A stretch of DNA of 64,000 nt from Camelus dromedarius (taxonomy: Eukaryota): positions 86,988,001 through 87,052,000 of the forward strand of contig NC_087436.1 in assembly GCF_036321535.1 (NCBI RefSeq). The letters run 5' to 3'. The notes under the pieces are model-generated. The model worked only from the letters and a program-made list of their open reading frames with translations, was not told where the DNA came from and made no database searches. Every line of letters begins with the position of its first letter. Position 1 is the first letter of the stretch. Made by a program: the position numbers and the translations under genes. Positions 51,041 to 63,310 of the stretch are shown here, piece after piece.

Positions 51041-52434
51041 GAAAGATACAGGACTTCCACTGTGCACATGAGAAGGCAGTGCTCAGGTGTACAGACACTG
51101 ATTAGAACGTATGTTAGATGCCTGCAGGCCACCTGACAGCAGGAACAAACACCAGGCGGAGCCATGGCCAGGCATCCGGCGGACTCTGTCTGGGCCACAA
51201 GACAGAACCACTCCCTGGTTCCAGGGGTGAGTTTCAGTGTCGCGTCAGCCTCCACCCTTTGCAACTTGGAGAATAAACTTCTGTGCTGGTGGTGCTGGCC
51301 TTGGGGCTCGCGATTCAGTTATTCCTCGGGTGCGATGGCCACTTGCTCTTCCCTGCTGCTGTCTCCACAGTACTCCTGTCTTTCCTTCATTCTCTCCAAG
51401 TCACCCCTGAGCTCTTTCTGTGTGCCTAGAACGTACTAAGATGGAGATCCAGCAGTGAACAAAACAACTGTCTCGTGTGGATCTGTGTTCTGTGGAGCTT
51501 CATTCTACTGGGCACAATGGAAAATAAAGAAAGCCTCCTGAATCTTACTTTGAGATCAAAGCCCCTTTCAGTCTCATACCTGAATCCAAGCTTCACATCA
51601 GAAACCCTTGCCGGGGCTCTTCTCACCTGCCACAGGCAGTGTATTTCTCCCTCTTAGGCTGTAAGAATTCACACAAGGGATCTCCCTGGACTCAGTGCTT
51701 CTCCCTCACAAGCCTCAATAATGAGCAAGGTTGTGTGGGCCGACTAAGTCTTCTACATCAGTTTTATTCTTTATTATATGTTCACTCTCCCAGTAGCTAT
51801 AACACAAGAGAAACTAGTCAGTCATATGGTCTTATTCCTGAACAAAGTGTCTGCCTTGGATCTCTCCATCTTTAACAGAATGGAATAATCTAGAAGGACA
51901 TTTGATGCCCTCTTTGTTAGTCCTTCCTTGCCAGATGCCTGATCTTTCCTCCGGCCTGTGGTCTAGCTCCTTGAGCTCAGTAGATCCAAAGGCACCCTCC
52001 ATGGCTACAGTCACCCTGTGGTAATCCTGTATTGTCACTCTGCCCACAGAGTTCTCACCGCCTCACCTTTGTGAAGGGGAAGGGGATGTGACTGCTGACC
52101 CTCAGCCTTAGGATGGAATATGATAGACCCTTGGTATTCTTAGCAACTAGTCCTAAGCCCTTAGCCCATGTTCAGGTTCATGAATGACACTGTAATAGCA
52201 CACGCTTTCTCCCCTAAAGTGCAGTCAAGTATAAGTGGTCCCTTCAGAAACTTAATGATGCTGTAAATATTGTACACAGATATTTTAATTTCTTGTAAGA
52301 CTTATCAGTTATGCACAATCCCTCCTGCTTCTCTCCACTCCCAGCAACAGTACAAGGAGTTACCTCTCCTCTGGAGCAACTGTTCGAAGTAAGAGTTACC
52401 ATCTCAAGGGAGTTACGGTGACTTTAGTTACAGT

Positions 52435-52670
52435 AATAACAGCAGTAACTGACACGGTGCTCACGGCACGTGGGGCTCTAAGAGGAGAGCTTTATGTGTA
52501 TGGCTCAGTCCTCCCACAGCCTTCGAGGTAGGTGCTATTATGATTCCCTTTTTTAAGAAGAGAAAACAAAAGCAGAGAGAGGTTAAGTAACTCACCCAAG
52601 ATGACCCAGCTAGTAAGAAGTGGGATGAGGATTCAAATCCAGACTGCCTGTCCCCAGAGTCAGTGCCCCA
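52435..52670 (-). mobile_element. MIR SINE, near full length
   Basis: gaggtaggtgctattatgattccc...cagagagaggttaagtaactcacccaagatgacccagctagtaag...ggattcaaatccagactg. Confidence 0.88.
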
Positions 52671-53474
52671 ATCTCAGCTCTAATTTCTCTCAACACCGTA
52701 GCAAATAATGGGAGCACACGGTAGAGCTGGGATGAGCTGTAGGTGCTGGCGGTCAGCAGGGCTCACTCACTGTGAGTGGAGCTCCCTCACCTGCCATTGG
52801 TCCAAGTCATGCCAATCCGTGCCCATGAGAGTGGCAGAATGTCACATGTCACAGGTGTTTGGGTCCCTAGGAAAGTGAGCTCCTTCAATGAGGGGGGCTG
52901 TTTGCATTCCGACTTCAATGAACCCACTTTCTCTCTAGTTCATTAAGCTTTGTACTCTGTGCTTCAGCCCCTCTTCCCCTCCACCAGACTCTTCAGTGTT
53001 TCAGGAGGAGGTGAAGCCCTGGGAGAGAGAGATTTGAATTTGGAGATGATCCTTCTGATTAAAGAGCAAGCTGTGGGGAGAGAAGCAACAATTTCCTATG
53101 ACTTTTGCAAGACGAGTAAAAACCTCCCGGGAAAATTTCACTTATTAAAACTGCTAGGTGTGCATTACTTCATTTAGATACAATAGCACCTTTTGGAGAA
53201 TAGCTGAAATTGATTCCCAGTGCTTTCTTTTATAAAGCTGTGGGCTCTAAATCCAAATTTATACCAGCATGGAATCTTAGAATCAACTGATTGTTTTTTT
53301 TCCTGTTCCTTGAGCTTTCTATCCTTTTAAAACATTTTTATAAATGAAAAAAAAAGTGTAACCATATTAAAGAAAATTGCCCTTTTTAGATAAACTAACA
53401 ATGACTTTTATTTTTGGAAGCTGTCTTCCAGCCCAGGCTCAAACTACTAACATTTTCCCTGATGTTATATAATG

Positions 53475-53855
53475 CAGCTCCTATCGGTCAGTAGAGTAAC
53501 TCCAGTAACACAACCCCCAAATCTCCATAGTTTAGCAACTCAAATTCACATCTCACTCACTTTGCAAGTGAGAGGGCTCTGCTGACCACAGTCACTCAGG
53601 CACAGACCTGAGGGGTCCGGCCCCATCGGGACGCACACTTTCAGGATAACTAAGGCAGTGGAAGGAGAAACAGAAGATTACAGACAGGCTGTTAAAACCC
53701 TGCCTGGAAGTCACACCCATTACCTCAGCTCCTTTCCACCGGCCAGAGTGAGCCACACGGCCAAGCCAACTTCAGGGGGATGCAGTTGTACATTTACTGT
53801 GTATCTGGAAAGACAAGCAATGGAATATTTGAAGACAGCCCTTCACTATTCCATA
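53475..53855 (-). mobile_element. MLT1-type (ERVL-MaLR) LTR
   Basis: cagtaacacaacccccaaatctc...cagtcactcagg...cctggaagtcacacccattac...ggccagagtgagccacacggccaagccaacttcaggggg. Confidence 0.7.
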
Positions 53856-55189
53856 ACCGTGTTATATTCTACCACAAACCATAATTTACTAAACTTATTT
53901 TCCTACAATTGAATATTCATGCCGAAAACAATGAGTTTATGTACAACTTAAGAGTATATATTTGAGTATGTTTTATGTTACCATCATCAAGCAACATTTG
54001 CTGCCCCTGTATGAGATCTTTTATGCACATGTGCACACCCACCCAGATACATTCATGGTCTGTGAAAAATACCCTCACCAGCAGCTTCCCCCCCACCACT
54101 TTGCAGTTTTGTCTTGGAGTAACGGAGGTATAAATCAGGCATCCTGTCACACCCAATTTCTCTGTGGCTAGACTTTCACCCATCTCAGTGCAGTCTTCCT
54201 CTTTTGTAGTAAAGAATTATAATAGCCTCTACCTTCCACGCCAGCCGGCTACACTCTGCACACACACTCACGTCAGATCCCCTGTTTGCCCTGTGGCCAC
54301 AGAGTGGAAGATCAGACTCTAACAAAACCCAACTCAGCTGTGCAACCCAGTGTGCTGACATGTTCTAAGTTGCTCCCATTTCAACTCAGGTGGTTGTCAT
54401 AAGTCCTCACCTCCCTGCTGCAGCCTCTGACTTTGTGCCTTTTTCTAAGACTGCCTTTTGCACCTGGCATTTAAAGTGTCCAGCAACCACCCCCTCTGCA
54501 CAGCTGCTCAGTGCCTAGTGCAGTAGTCACATCCAGGTGACACGGAGATGACTTCAGCAGTGAAATGAGGGCACACTGAAAGTCGTGCTGCCTCTGGGAA
54601 GGCAGTGGCATTTCCCAGTTATAACACTGCCCCTGTTAATCCAGGTCAAAGAACCATCATGGCTTTTGAATTGAATTATGCTGTGTGGCCAGTCTTCCAG
54701 ATTATAAAAATGTTAGTGGGACACCAGAGCCAGCTGGCCTGTAGTGGAATAATTATATTAAAACGTTAATGGCTGAGAGGGTCGGCCTGAAGTTACATGG
54801 GAACTGGGGAGCAACTCAACAGCAGTGGGAGTGAGACAGGGAAGGTGAAGGGCAGAGTCTAATAGGACAGTTAGAATCACACAGAGCAGGGTGTGAGGCA
54901 TGGGTTCCCGAGCTCGGGTGGTCTGCCGAGCAGGGGCAGAGGGCTCCGAAGCTCAGACCAGGCTCAGGGGAACACTGGTACCACCAGGCCCAAACTGACA
55001 GGCAGGGCAATGGAGAGGGATTCCAAGAGGAATCAGCAGCAGCTGTAGTTTAATGAGGACATGTGACCATGGTGGACATATTAGAAGCACAGAGGACTTA
55101 ACTTCCTCCCCTGTGGAAGGAAAGCCAGGAACTGCAGGAACTAAGAGGTAGTACAGGGCGTGTGGGGCTGCCCAGCTGCTGGTTCTGGG

Positions 55190-55455
55190 ACTAGCGCTTG
55201 TTACCTGGAGTCCTTTGGCATGTTACTTGCCCTCCCTCTGCTTGAGGTTCCTAATCTTTAAAATGGGATTAATAATAGTACCTATCTCACTGGGATGTTG
55301 TGATGATTAAACAAGATATGTGCACAAGTATGTGTATCTTATTTATACAGATTATATATGTATGTTGTATGTATGTAGTATTATACATATTATAAAATAT
55401 GTGTGTATTGTTCAGAGCAAGGACCACGACACAGCAAGTGCTTTACAAATGTTAG
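55190..55455 (+). mobile_element. MIR SINE with an AT-rich internal expansion
   Basis: taaaatgggattaataatagtacctatctcactgggatgttgtgatgattaaa...gcaagtgctttacaaatgttag. Confidence 0.8.
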
Positions 55456-55654
55456 TCCCCGTGAGGGATTCTTGGATCCCAGATGCTAAATGGGATTTAG
55501 GACAAGGTCCCAGAAATAGAGGCAACCTAGGGTTTACTGTAGAATAGAGCCAACTGTATAATGGAGAATCAGAAAGTGAACTGACACCATGATAGAAAGA
55601 TCCAGAATGTGCAGAAACACGCCCTTCTGAAGTCGGTTGAAGATGCAGAAAATG

Positions 55655-55992
55655 GACAACATAGATAAATGTTATGACATGATGCTAAGTGAAATAAAAC
55701 AGTCACAGAAGGACAATTACTGGATGATTCCACTCACTTGGCATACCTAGCTCTGTCAAATTCATGGGGACAAAAAGTAGAATGGTGGTTGCCATGGGCT
55801 GGGGGCAAAGGAGAGTGGTGATTTATTGTTTCATGGCACAGTTTCAGTTTTGCAAGGTAAAAGAGTTCTGGACATGGATAGTAGTGATGCCTGTACAATA
55901 ATGTGAATACACTTAATGCCACCAAACTGTACACTTAAACATGCTTAAAATGGTAAATGTTATATATATTTTACCACAGTTTGAAAAAAAAC
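55655..55992 (+). mobile_element. L1MB-type LINE-1 3' end
   Basis: atgctaagtgaaataaaacagtcacagaaggacaa...aaagtagaatggtggttgcca...gtgaatacacttaatgccaccaaactgtacacttaa...ttttaccaca, then an A tail. Confidence 0.88.
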
Positions 55993-55994
55993 TA

Positions 55995-56385
55995 AAGTCT
56001 ATAAAATATGGGCTTTAGTTATAATAATGTATCAGTTTCAGTTCATTGATAGTAAGAAATGTGTCATACTAATAATATCAGAGATCACTAATAGGGGAAA
56101 CTAGGTTCAGGGGTAAATGAGAAATATCTGTACTGTCTTCAAAATTTGTTTTTGTAAATATAAAAGGGGAGAGGGTATAGCTCAGTGGTAGAGTGCATGC
56201 TTAGCATGCATGAGGTCCTGGGTTCAATCCCCAGTACCTCCATTAAAATAAATAAGTAAATAAACCTAATGCCCCCCCAAAATAAAATAAAATAAAAAAG
56301 AGATCATCTCGGTCCTTTTAAATTTTTTTTAAAATTTAAAGTAAGTAAATAAAACTATTCTATAAACAAGGTTTAAAAAAAAAAA
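55995..56385 (+). mobile_element. L1MC-type 3' end interrupted by a SINE
   Basis: tatgggctttagttataataatgtatcagt...aataggggaaact...tctgtactgtcttc...tgtaaatataaaa[SINE]ctattctataaacaaggtttaaaaaaa. Confidence 0.7.
56166..56345 (+). mobile_element. tRNA-derived SINE (Vic-1-like) with an extended tail
   Basis: ggggagagggtatagctcagtggtagagtgcatgcttagcatgcatgaggtcctgggttcaatccccagtacctcc, with intact A and B boxes. Confidence 0.93.
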
Positions 56386-56947
56386 TAGCTGTCAAAAATG
56401 GGAACAACCAGATAAAGAGTTGCTTTGACTAGAGTAAAGTACAGTTGAGACAGCTGGAGAGCTCATTATGAGTCTGAAAACAGAGACTGCACATGTGTTT
56501 AGGAGGGAACGCGGTAAGGAGGAAAGGGACTGAAGGCGTCAGAAGACTGGTCTCAGCAGCAGGTGAACAGATGACCGTTGACTCTGGCTGGGAAAGCATT
56601 CAGGTCACCAAGTGGACTCATGCTCACACCAGTCCCACCTTGCACGTGTGTCGGAGAATATTATAAAAACACACTTATAATCAGTCGAAGGTGTTTCAAA
56701 TTCCAAATAGGAAGATTAATCAACCTGAATCCTTGGACGTTTTCTTAAAGCAGAACAAAAAGCACACATTTAGGCACAGACAAAACAGTAAAGAGCAGGG
56801 CACAAGGCACTGGCCCTGGGGCCCCAGTGGTCTGGGGGATCCAAGTAAATCTGAGCACCTAAATGTGTCAGGACTGAACTGTAAAATGCTGATACTGCAA
56901 ATCAGATGTCAACTTACAATAAGATTTACCAGTTTAAATTCTTGTCC

Positions 56948-57548
56948 TGTTGTGGAAAAATGTGTTACAGCTCGGTGTTACAGCTCAGTTGTGACAGCAA
57001 CCTGGATCCGGGCTACAAGCCAAGGAGCACTCAGAGAGTTGGAGAACTCAGGTTTATTATGCCAACAGGCCCAGATGAGTTAACACTCCAAGCTCGGACC
57101 CCGTCTGTAGGTTTACACAGGCCTTTATAGGCTGCCAGTTTTGCACTTTGCAACATCATATGCAAATAAAGTATAACAGAAGTTGACCAACTAGGAACAA
57201 GCTTTGTAGAAATAGACCAATCAGGAGTGAGAGAAATAATCAATCAGGAGTGAGGGGAATGGACCGATCAGGAGTGAGCTCCATGCAAATAAAGTACTAC
57301 AAATGGACCAATCAGAAATTAGGGAAGTGGACCAATCAGAAGGGAAAGTAATAACCAATCAGGAGTGAAGGAAATAACCAATCAGAAGTTAGCTCAGGGA
57401 ACCAGTAGACTTTTAGGGGTAAGTAAGCCCGTTTCAGAGGCAAAAAGTGAGATAGAGTCTCTGGGCCAGGGAACCGGGTGGTGCTGGTTGGAGAGTAGTG
57501 GCTCTGTTTGGGGGTCCTGCCGGTCTTTTAATGCGGCTTCCCACCTCA
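56948..57548 (-). mobile_element. Young ERV1-class solo LTR (601 bp) with a CCAAT-box array
   Basis: Minus strand reads TGAGGTGGG...CCACAACA (TG..CA ends). 4-bp TSD gtcc at 56944-56947 and 57549-57552. Minus-strand TATAAAG at 57123-57129 is followed by AATAAA at 57053-57058. Confidence 0.88.
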
Positions 57549-58541
57549 GTCCCTAAAACTCCCTAGGAACTCTTTACGAATCAGCTATAAGTTCAGCACA
57601 TCTTTAGCACCCGTGAATTTCTGTATTTGGCGTGCTTGCCCCTGTTGTTTTAGTTGTCATAAAAGCTAGTACTGTTATTACATAGGGTATTATGAACAAA
57701 CTAGGGTCAAATCATTTGAGTAACAAGCGACTGAGGAAGGATTCAAACTATGACCTTCTAACAATATGAACGAATTGTGAGTCTCTACCCTCCTTCTGTA
57801 ACAACTGTTCAGCCAAATGAAATCAAATCATATATGGTGGTGAGGAGTTTGCCCAAAGGCCTGATCTAGCCAGACATCCTGACTACAAAGGAGGTGCTAG
57901 AGGAGGCCTTGAAGAGCAGGCGTGGGCACAGCACAGCCCTCCTTACAGATGGTGTGCCCTGCTCCACCCCTGCTGGTGCCAGATGTCATCGGGCTGGGCA
58001 TCATTTTGAATATCTGCATGGTGCTGTAAAAAGTGGGCATGCGCAGATTCTGACCAGTTGACATGGGAGGAGGCTGAGGAAGCTGCAGGGGATGCAGGGA
58101 CACAAGTCACAGTGAGGTCAGAATGACAGGAAAATGATGTGGGCCTTGTGTGAGGGGGCAGAATAAAGGGAACAGGCGCTCAGCAGCTGGAGGAAAGTGG
58201 ACATTCGGGTGGGGCTGCCAGAGGGACGGCAGGCCCTGGGCTGAGGCAGGAAATCAGCAAATAAAGTCTATGCCAACAGTGAAGAAATCTTTAGAAATTA
58301 GTAATATGCTATGAAAAATGTCAATACTAGACCCCTCACATTTTTGAACTTTCATAGTCAACTTCATTTATTAGGGTATTTTCCATGTGGCCCCCAGAAA
58401 AGAAAAGACATGCAGCCAGGATGCAAGGATGGTATGGAAAGGTTAGCATGAAACCCTCTAATATTCCCCAGCTCAGCCTCCACTGGCCATGATGGTTAAG
58501 GCACAGAGTAGGTGTTCAACAAATGCTCTTTGAATGAACGG

Positions 58542-58603
58542 TTGCAACGTGGAATAAACAGCATCAGCCTCATTTGCAACGTGGAATAAACAGCATCAGC
58601 CTC
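58542..58603. repeat. Perfect 30-bp direct repeat, two copies, period 32
   Basis: ttgcaacgtggaataaacagcatcagcctc at 58542-58571 and 58574-58603. Confidence 0.95.
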
Positions 58604-59146
58604 CTTTGTGTGTGTGTGGGGGGGTGTCTTTGTGCAGTTTTGGTTACTATGCGAGTTTTTTTTTTTCACCTTGGAAGAGATTTTATTGTCCATCATTATG
58701 TTATACAAAAATCTAGAAGTAACAGGTTTGTAGGGAAATAGTGAGAGGTAAATAAGAGGCAACAGAAAGGTTAAGATTGAATTATTTTCCATGATATTGT
58801 GCTGAAACTCATTTCAAAGCATGTGGGTCTGGCTTCAGAGTAGGATGAGTTTTTCTTTTTAATGCATTTATTTACCACCTTATATTCTGCCTTTGAGGTC
58901 AGGAATCACGTAATTAATACCATCTTTGTAACTATTCACAGCTTCTGTGATGGTTTTTCCATTGTGGGACAGGATCTAAACTGATACAGTTTTCTAAATT
59001 CCAGACTAAGTTAACATGGTGTTTTTTTAATTGAAAATGCTTATCTTAGCCCATCCTATTTCATGCTGGCCCTTCATTAGAAGCACTCAGGTACAGGCTG
59101 GACAACCAACTATGGTGGATGGGAATTGGGATTAAAATATTCAACA

Positions 59147-59289
59147 GGGGGATTGTGTAGCTCAGTGGCAGAGCACAGTGTTTAGCATGCAGGATGTCCT
59201 GGGTTCAATCCCCAATACCTCCATATAAATAAACAAATAAATAGAAAACCTGATTACCTCCCTCCCCCCAAAAGAAAATTAAAAGAAGA
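59147..59289 (+). mobile_element. tRNA-derived SINE (Vic-1-like)
   Basis: tagctcagtggcagagc...gtcctgggttcaatccccaatacctcc...aaacctgattacctcc. Flanking repeats aaaatattcaa and aaaagattcaa. Confidence 0.9.
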
Positions 59290-60947
59290 AAAAGATTCAA
59301 GGATCCCTTCTGACCTGAGTCCAGTTTTTTGTGAACCCCAAACCCCTCAAGGCCAATATTCTCTTTGCAGTGTGAGGTGGATTGTGGTACCTGAGTATAT
59401 TGTCTTCACATCACAAACCAATATTGTTTAGCCATCCATTCAGTGAAATGAAAACTCAAGCCATTCAGCTGCAACTCTTACAGAATGTGTCTGGGGACGT
59501 GGATGGAGATAACCAGGAAGTTCCAGGGGCCGCTGGCAAAGACATTGGTTTCAGGAAAGGGTGAGGCTCCTCTTAGTATAGTAAAATGTCTCTCTTTTAA
59601 TATTTTGAAAAACTGGGGCCTGTTGGCTAAAGCAATAGGTAGTCACTTAACATTGGATCCGATCTGATCTGATGGTACACACATCTTTACCTTTCTGCTA
59701 ATCTCTTGTGCCTTCAGCCCGTTCAGAACTTCTAACAAGAGGCAGTTTTTGAATCTTAGCATGATACAGAGATAAAAAGAATTTCTCTACACTAATTAAC
59801 TGAAAAGTCTTGGAACATAACAGCTTGGAAGCTTCCCATTTCTAAAATCAGTGCGCAGAACATTGCTAAGTGGTTTGCTTTAGGAAAGATGTGTTGGTTT
59901 TAATCAATCCATCGTTGAGCTTTTCAATGGAAATAATTCAATAAAATCTTTGTATTGCCTTTCCTCCCAATTAATAACGAGAGCATAATGTAGTTTGGGA
60001 AGGACAAATGCATGACACCCTTCACTCCCTTGTCTTTTTCTTATGTATCTTTTGATGTCCACATATTTGATTAACCACCTAAATAACTACACAACATGGT
60101 ATGGTTATTGCTTCTTGTCTTGTCCAATTTACGAAATCAGACAGCTACATTTTCTCCTCCCACCACCTCTGTTCTTATCAATGGTGTATCTGGTGTGAGC
60201 AGAACTAAGGCTGACCAAGAGACAGACTGCTACCCATCAGGATGTGGAAGAGACTCCTGTCTCAGAGAAGTTCTTTGCCCCTCTTCCTGAGAAAACCAAA
60301 TAGATAATCGTGGCTAGAAGAGAGGGAATTTGAGTTCATTTGATGGAGACACTTTTGAACACAATTGAGTTTATAACTCTACCTTGAATACTTATATCTG
60401 AAGTAGTTGAGGTAGGATCAAGAACTTTTGGGGGAGGGAATCACACACAAAAAAATGTCAAGTCAAGGTCATGGGTACTCGCAGAAAGACAAAGTGCCTT
60501 TTAGAACTTGGTTCTAGCATATGGGAAAGAAAAGACAGTTCAAGGACCTTCCAGCAAATTCTTAATGCAGAAGAATTAAGTATATTTAACATTTTAAAGG
60601 CAGTAAGGTGAATAACCCCAAATATTCTTGCTGCTCCTCTGACCCCGTGTTGCATCAGAAGAAAACAACAGCAAACACAATGACGATAGAGAAAGATGTT
60701 TTCTTTTTTCAATCAGAAAGCAGTTTGAACCTGTATGATCCCAATAGTAATCTCACTTATGATTATTTTTTCTTGATTAGTGATGTGGGCATTTCTGATA
60801 ATAATTTGCAAACTTAGGAAAATATATTTATTCTTTTTAATAGAGGGAAATTAAAATGCTTTAGTAGTCAATGAAGTATCTGTGAAGATTTAAACTTGTT
60901 CAAATCCATGTTTGTTTAGTGACTTCTTGATTTAAACAAAGCCAGGA

Positions 60948-60976
<29 letters not shown>
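60948..60976. repeat. (TG)14 microsatellite
   Basis: Read directly. Confidence 0.95.
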
Positions 60977-60979
<3 letters not shown>

Positions 60980-61864
60980 GCTGGGGGAGGAGAAAGCAAG
61001 AAATCAATGGGCTTACATATAAACAAGTCACTTTTATGTGAATTTAAGGCCTTGGCCCCTCTCCTAGTCTCTCTCCTTTTGGGATCTCATCCAGGCTCAG
61101 AATTTTAGCTATGTCATCTGTGGAGATAATTAATTTGGAAAAGAAAGATTCACAATAACCATGATAATATAAAATATTGGATAGGCTGTTCTGGGTAAAA
61201 GAGATTAGACTTCATTTCAGAGACAGCCAAATTCCATCATCTGGGAAGCCAGCCTGGGGATGAGACCGTTTCCCATCACTGATTAAAGGAGAGGGAGGAG
61301 GGGGCAAGAATGTACAACTTCCGTCTACTTTCTTGCTCAAGCTTATGCTGTTTCCCCTAAACTGTTTATATCATAGTTTGAATACAACTGGCTTTTTAAC
61401 ATATTGCTTAACAAGTAGGTGAGAGGACAGCCACTTTTTAAGAGTGTGGCCAGGGGAAATTATCTCTGCCTTCCCGCTCTCCAGCCTAGCAATGCTCTTA
61501 GTAACTGTGTTGCCATGGAGAGAAAATACTACAACCCAGAGATTGAATTTACAGGGAAGTCCGTTTCCGTTAAAGCTACCTGGTGACAAAGTTGATGGCC
61601 TAAGAGTTTATAAGGTGCGAGGAATTAAGTGTTCAAATTGACCGGCCATCTGTCATAATTTCTGGAAAGGAGATTCCTGCTTTAAATTGGAGTTTATGCT
61701 ACAGACCCTCTGCAGTCACTAAGAACTATGAGTTTCCCTCACTATCAAATATGCATTTGCAACCCTGACCTCCCTCTGGGAATCAGGGAGCTATAGATTT
61801 GGCCATGACCTCAAAGGCCATCTTATCCAACCCTATACAGAGGTTAAGAGACTACCATGGTCCC

Positions 61865-62510
61865 CTTTGAGCTCCAGTCCCACTCCTTCCAATGCTGTCC
61901 CTTAAGTCTCAGAAGGGAGAATTCCCCCCCACCTCAAACCAGCTTCACCTCTACTTTCAATCAGTGGGACCACCGTCCTCCCAACTCAGAGGTGCAGACA
62001 CTCAATATCACTCACTTTCTCTTCTCTGCCTTCCACAGCTAGTCACTAAGGTGACTAGTGCTTTCACAATGTCATTCTAAGCCTCTCTTCCTCATTCCCA
62101 CCACCACCACTGCAGTATCGCCTCCAGCCTGTCAGTCACTGCCTATGAATGTCCCAGATTCCAGCCTTAACCCCTCTAAGCCATGATGCAGACTCTCACC
62201 AGCTACTACCATCCACACACAGTCTCAAGGCTGGAAGAAACCAAAGAATTCATCTTCTACCTCCTATCCCGTGCCTGACCCCTTACTAACACATTTCCTG
62301 TATCATCAGTATTCCCTTTCTCAGACATCATCATGGCCTCTCCTGCCTATAGGACATAAAGTTCTTATTCCCTAGCTCTGCGTTCATGCCTCCTCTCCCA
62401 TCTCCTGCAAAGTCTGGCCCCAGTTTATCTTTCGAGCTGTCCTTTCATCAACATCAACCAGTGAGGCTGTTCTGCCCACTCTTCCGTGAACACCCTTATA
62501 CATTTACACT
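61865..62510 (+). mobile_element. Degenerate L2 fragment(s)
   Basis: ctttgagctccagtcccactccttccaatgct...tttcaatcagtgggaccaccgtcctcccaactcag...tcctgcctataggacataaagttc. Confidence 0.5.
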
Positions 62511-62975
62511 TGCAAGTTACAAAAGCTAGTCAGCCAAATGAGCTTTAAAAAACAAAAACAAAACCAGCTCACATTAGGTAAAGGGAACAGGGAAAGAGCT
62601 CGTTTCCTCAGTCTCTGTCCTCAGGTGTCCACTTCTGTCTTGGTTCTGCCTCCCTCTGTGTTGATTTCAGTCTTAGGTCACCCCATTCCAGGTAGTAGTA
62701 AAATCGCCACCAGTAGCTCCTGGATTATACCCTCCGAGCAAACAACCACAGAGAGAGGAGAGCTTCTCTTCACCCATGCTTCCTGCAAAAGTCTCAGGAT
62801 CGAGTCTCACTGGACTGGCCTGCGTCATGGATCCATTCTGAACCCTCACAGTGGCCAGGTGGAGAGGGTGCTTTGGTGAGCAAGGTCAGATTCAGGCCCA
62901 CCTGAATCACAGAGCTAAGGTTAATCTGAGGAAAATCAGGGCACTGTTATCAAAAGAGGTGGGAATGGCGACTGC
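62510..62975 (-). mobile_element. MLT1K-like (ERVL-MaLR) LTR
   Basis: ttgcaagttacaaaagc...aaaatcgccaccagtagctcc...caaaagtctcaggatcgagtctcactggactggcctgcgtcatg...aggaaaatcagggcactgttatcaaaagagg. Confidence 0.7.
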
Positions 62976-63285
62976 AGTCATCCCCTCTACCCCAAATGCT
63001 CTGCCAGCTCTCCTCAGCATCTCCAAGGCCCGACCCAGGTCCCACTTCCCCCAGGAAGCTGTTTTGTAACCAGCCTACTCACTGTGACCCCTGAACTCCT
63101 ACCATACTTGCTTTCTGGAGCACCCCAAGTCTCTATAACTAGGTGCTAAGGTACTTGAACAGGGAGACCACATCTTATGCATCTTACTTCTTGGTTTTCC
63201 TCATTGCACCTCTGACTGTGCTGTGCACAACTGATGCATAATAAATTTTGGTTGTGATGGTGACATTTGCTAATATTACTGTGCA

Positions 63286-63310
63286 TGTGTGTGTGTGTGT
63301 GTGTGTGTGT
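63286..63310. repeat. (TG)12 microsatellite
   Basis: Read directly. Confidence 0.95.

Noticed and set aside
56166..56240. tRNA gene calls for the A/B-box elements
   Set aside because: They are multi-copy with a shared non-tRNA tail and TSDs, and lack a clean cloverleaf. These are SINEs.
57180..57390. CRISPR-like periodic repeat (also 58542-58603)
   Set aside because: Mammalian context, no cas genes, and no unique 25-45 bp spacers. One is an LTR U3 tandem array and the other is a two-copy duplication.
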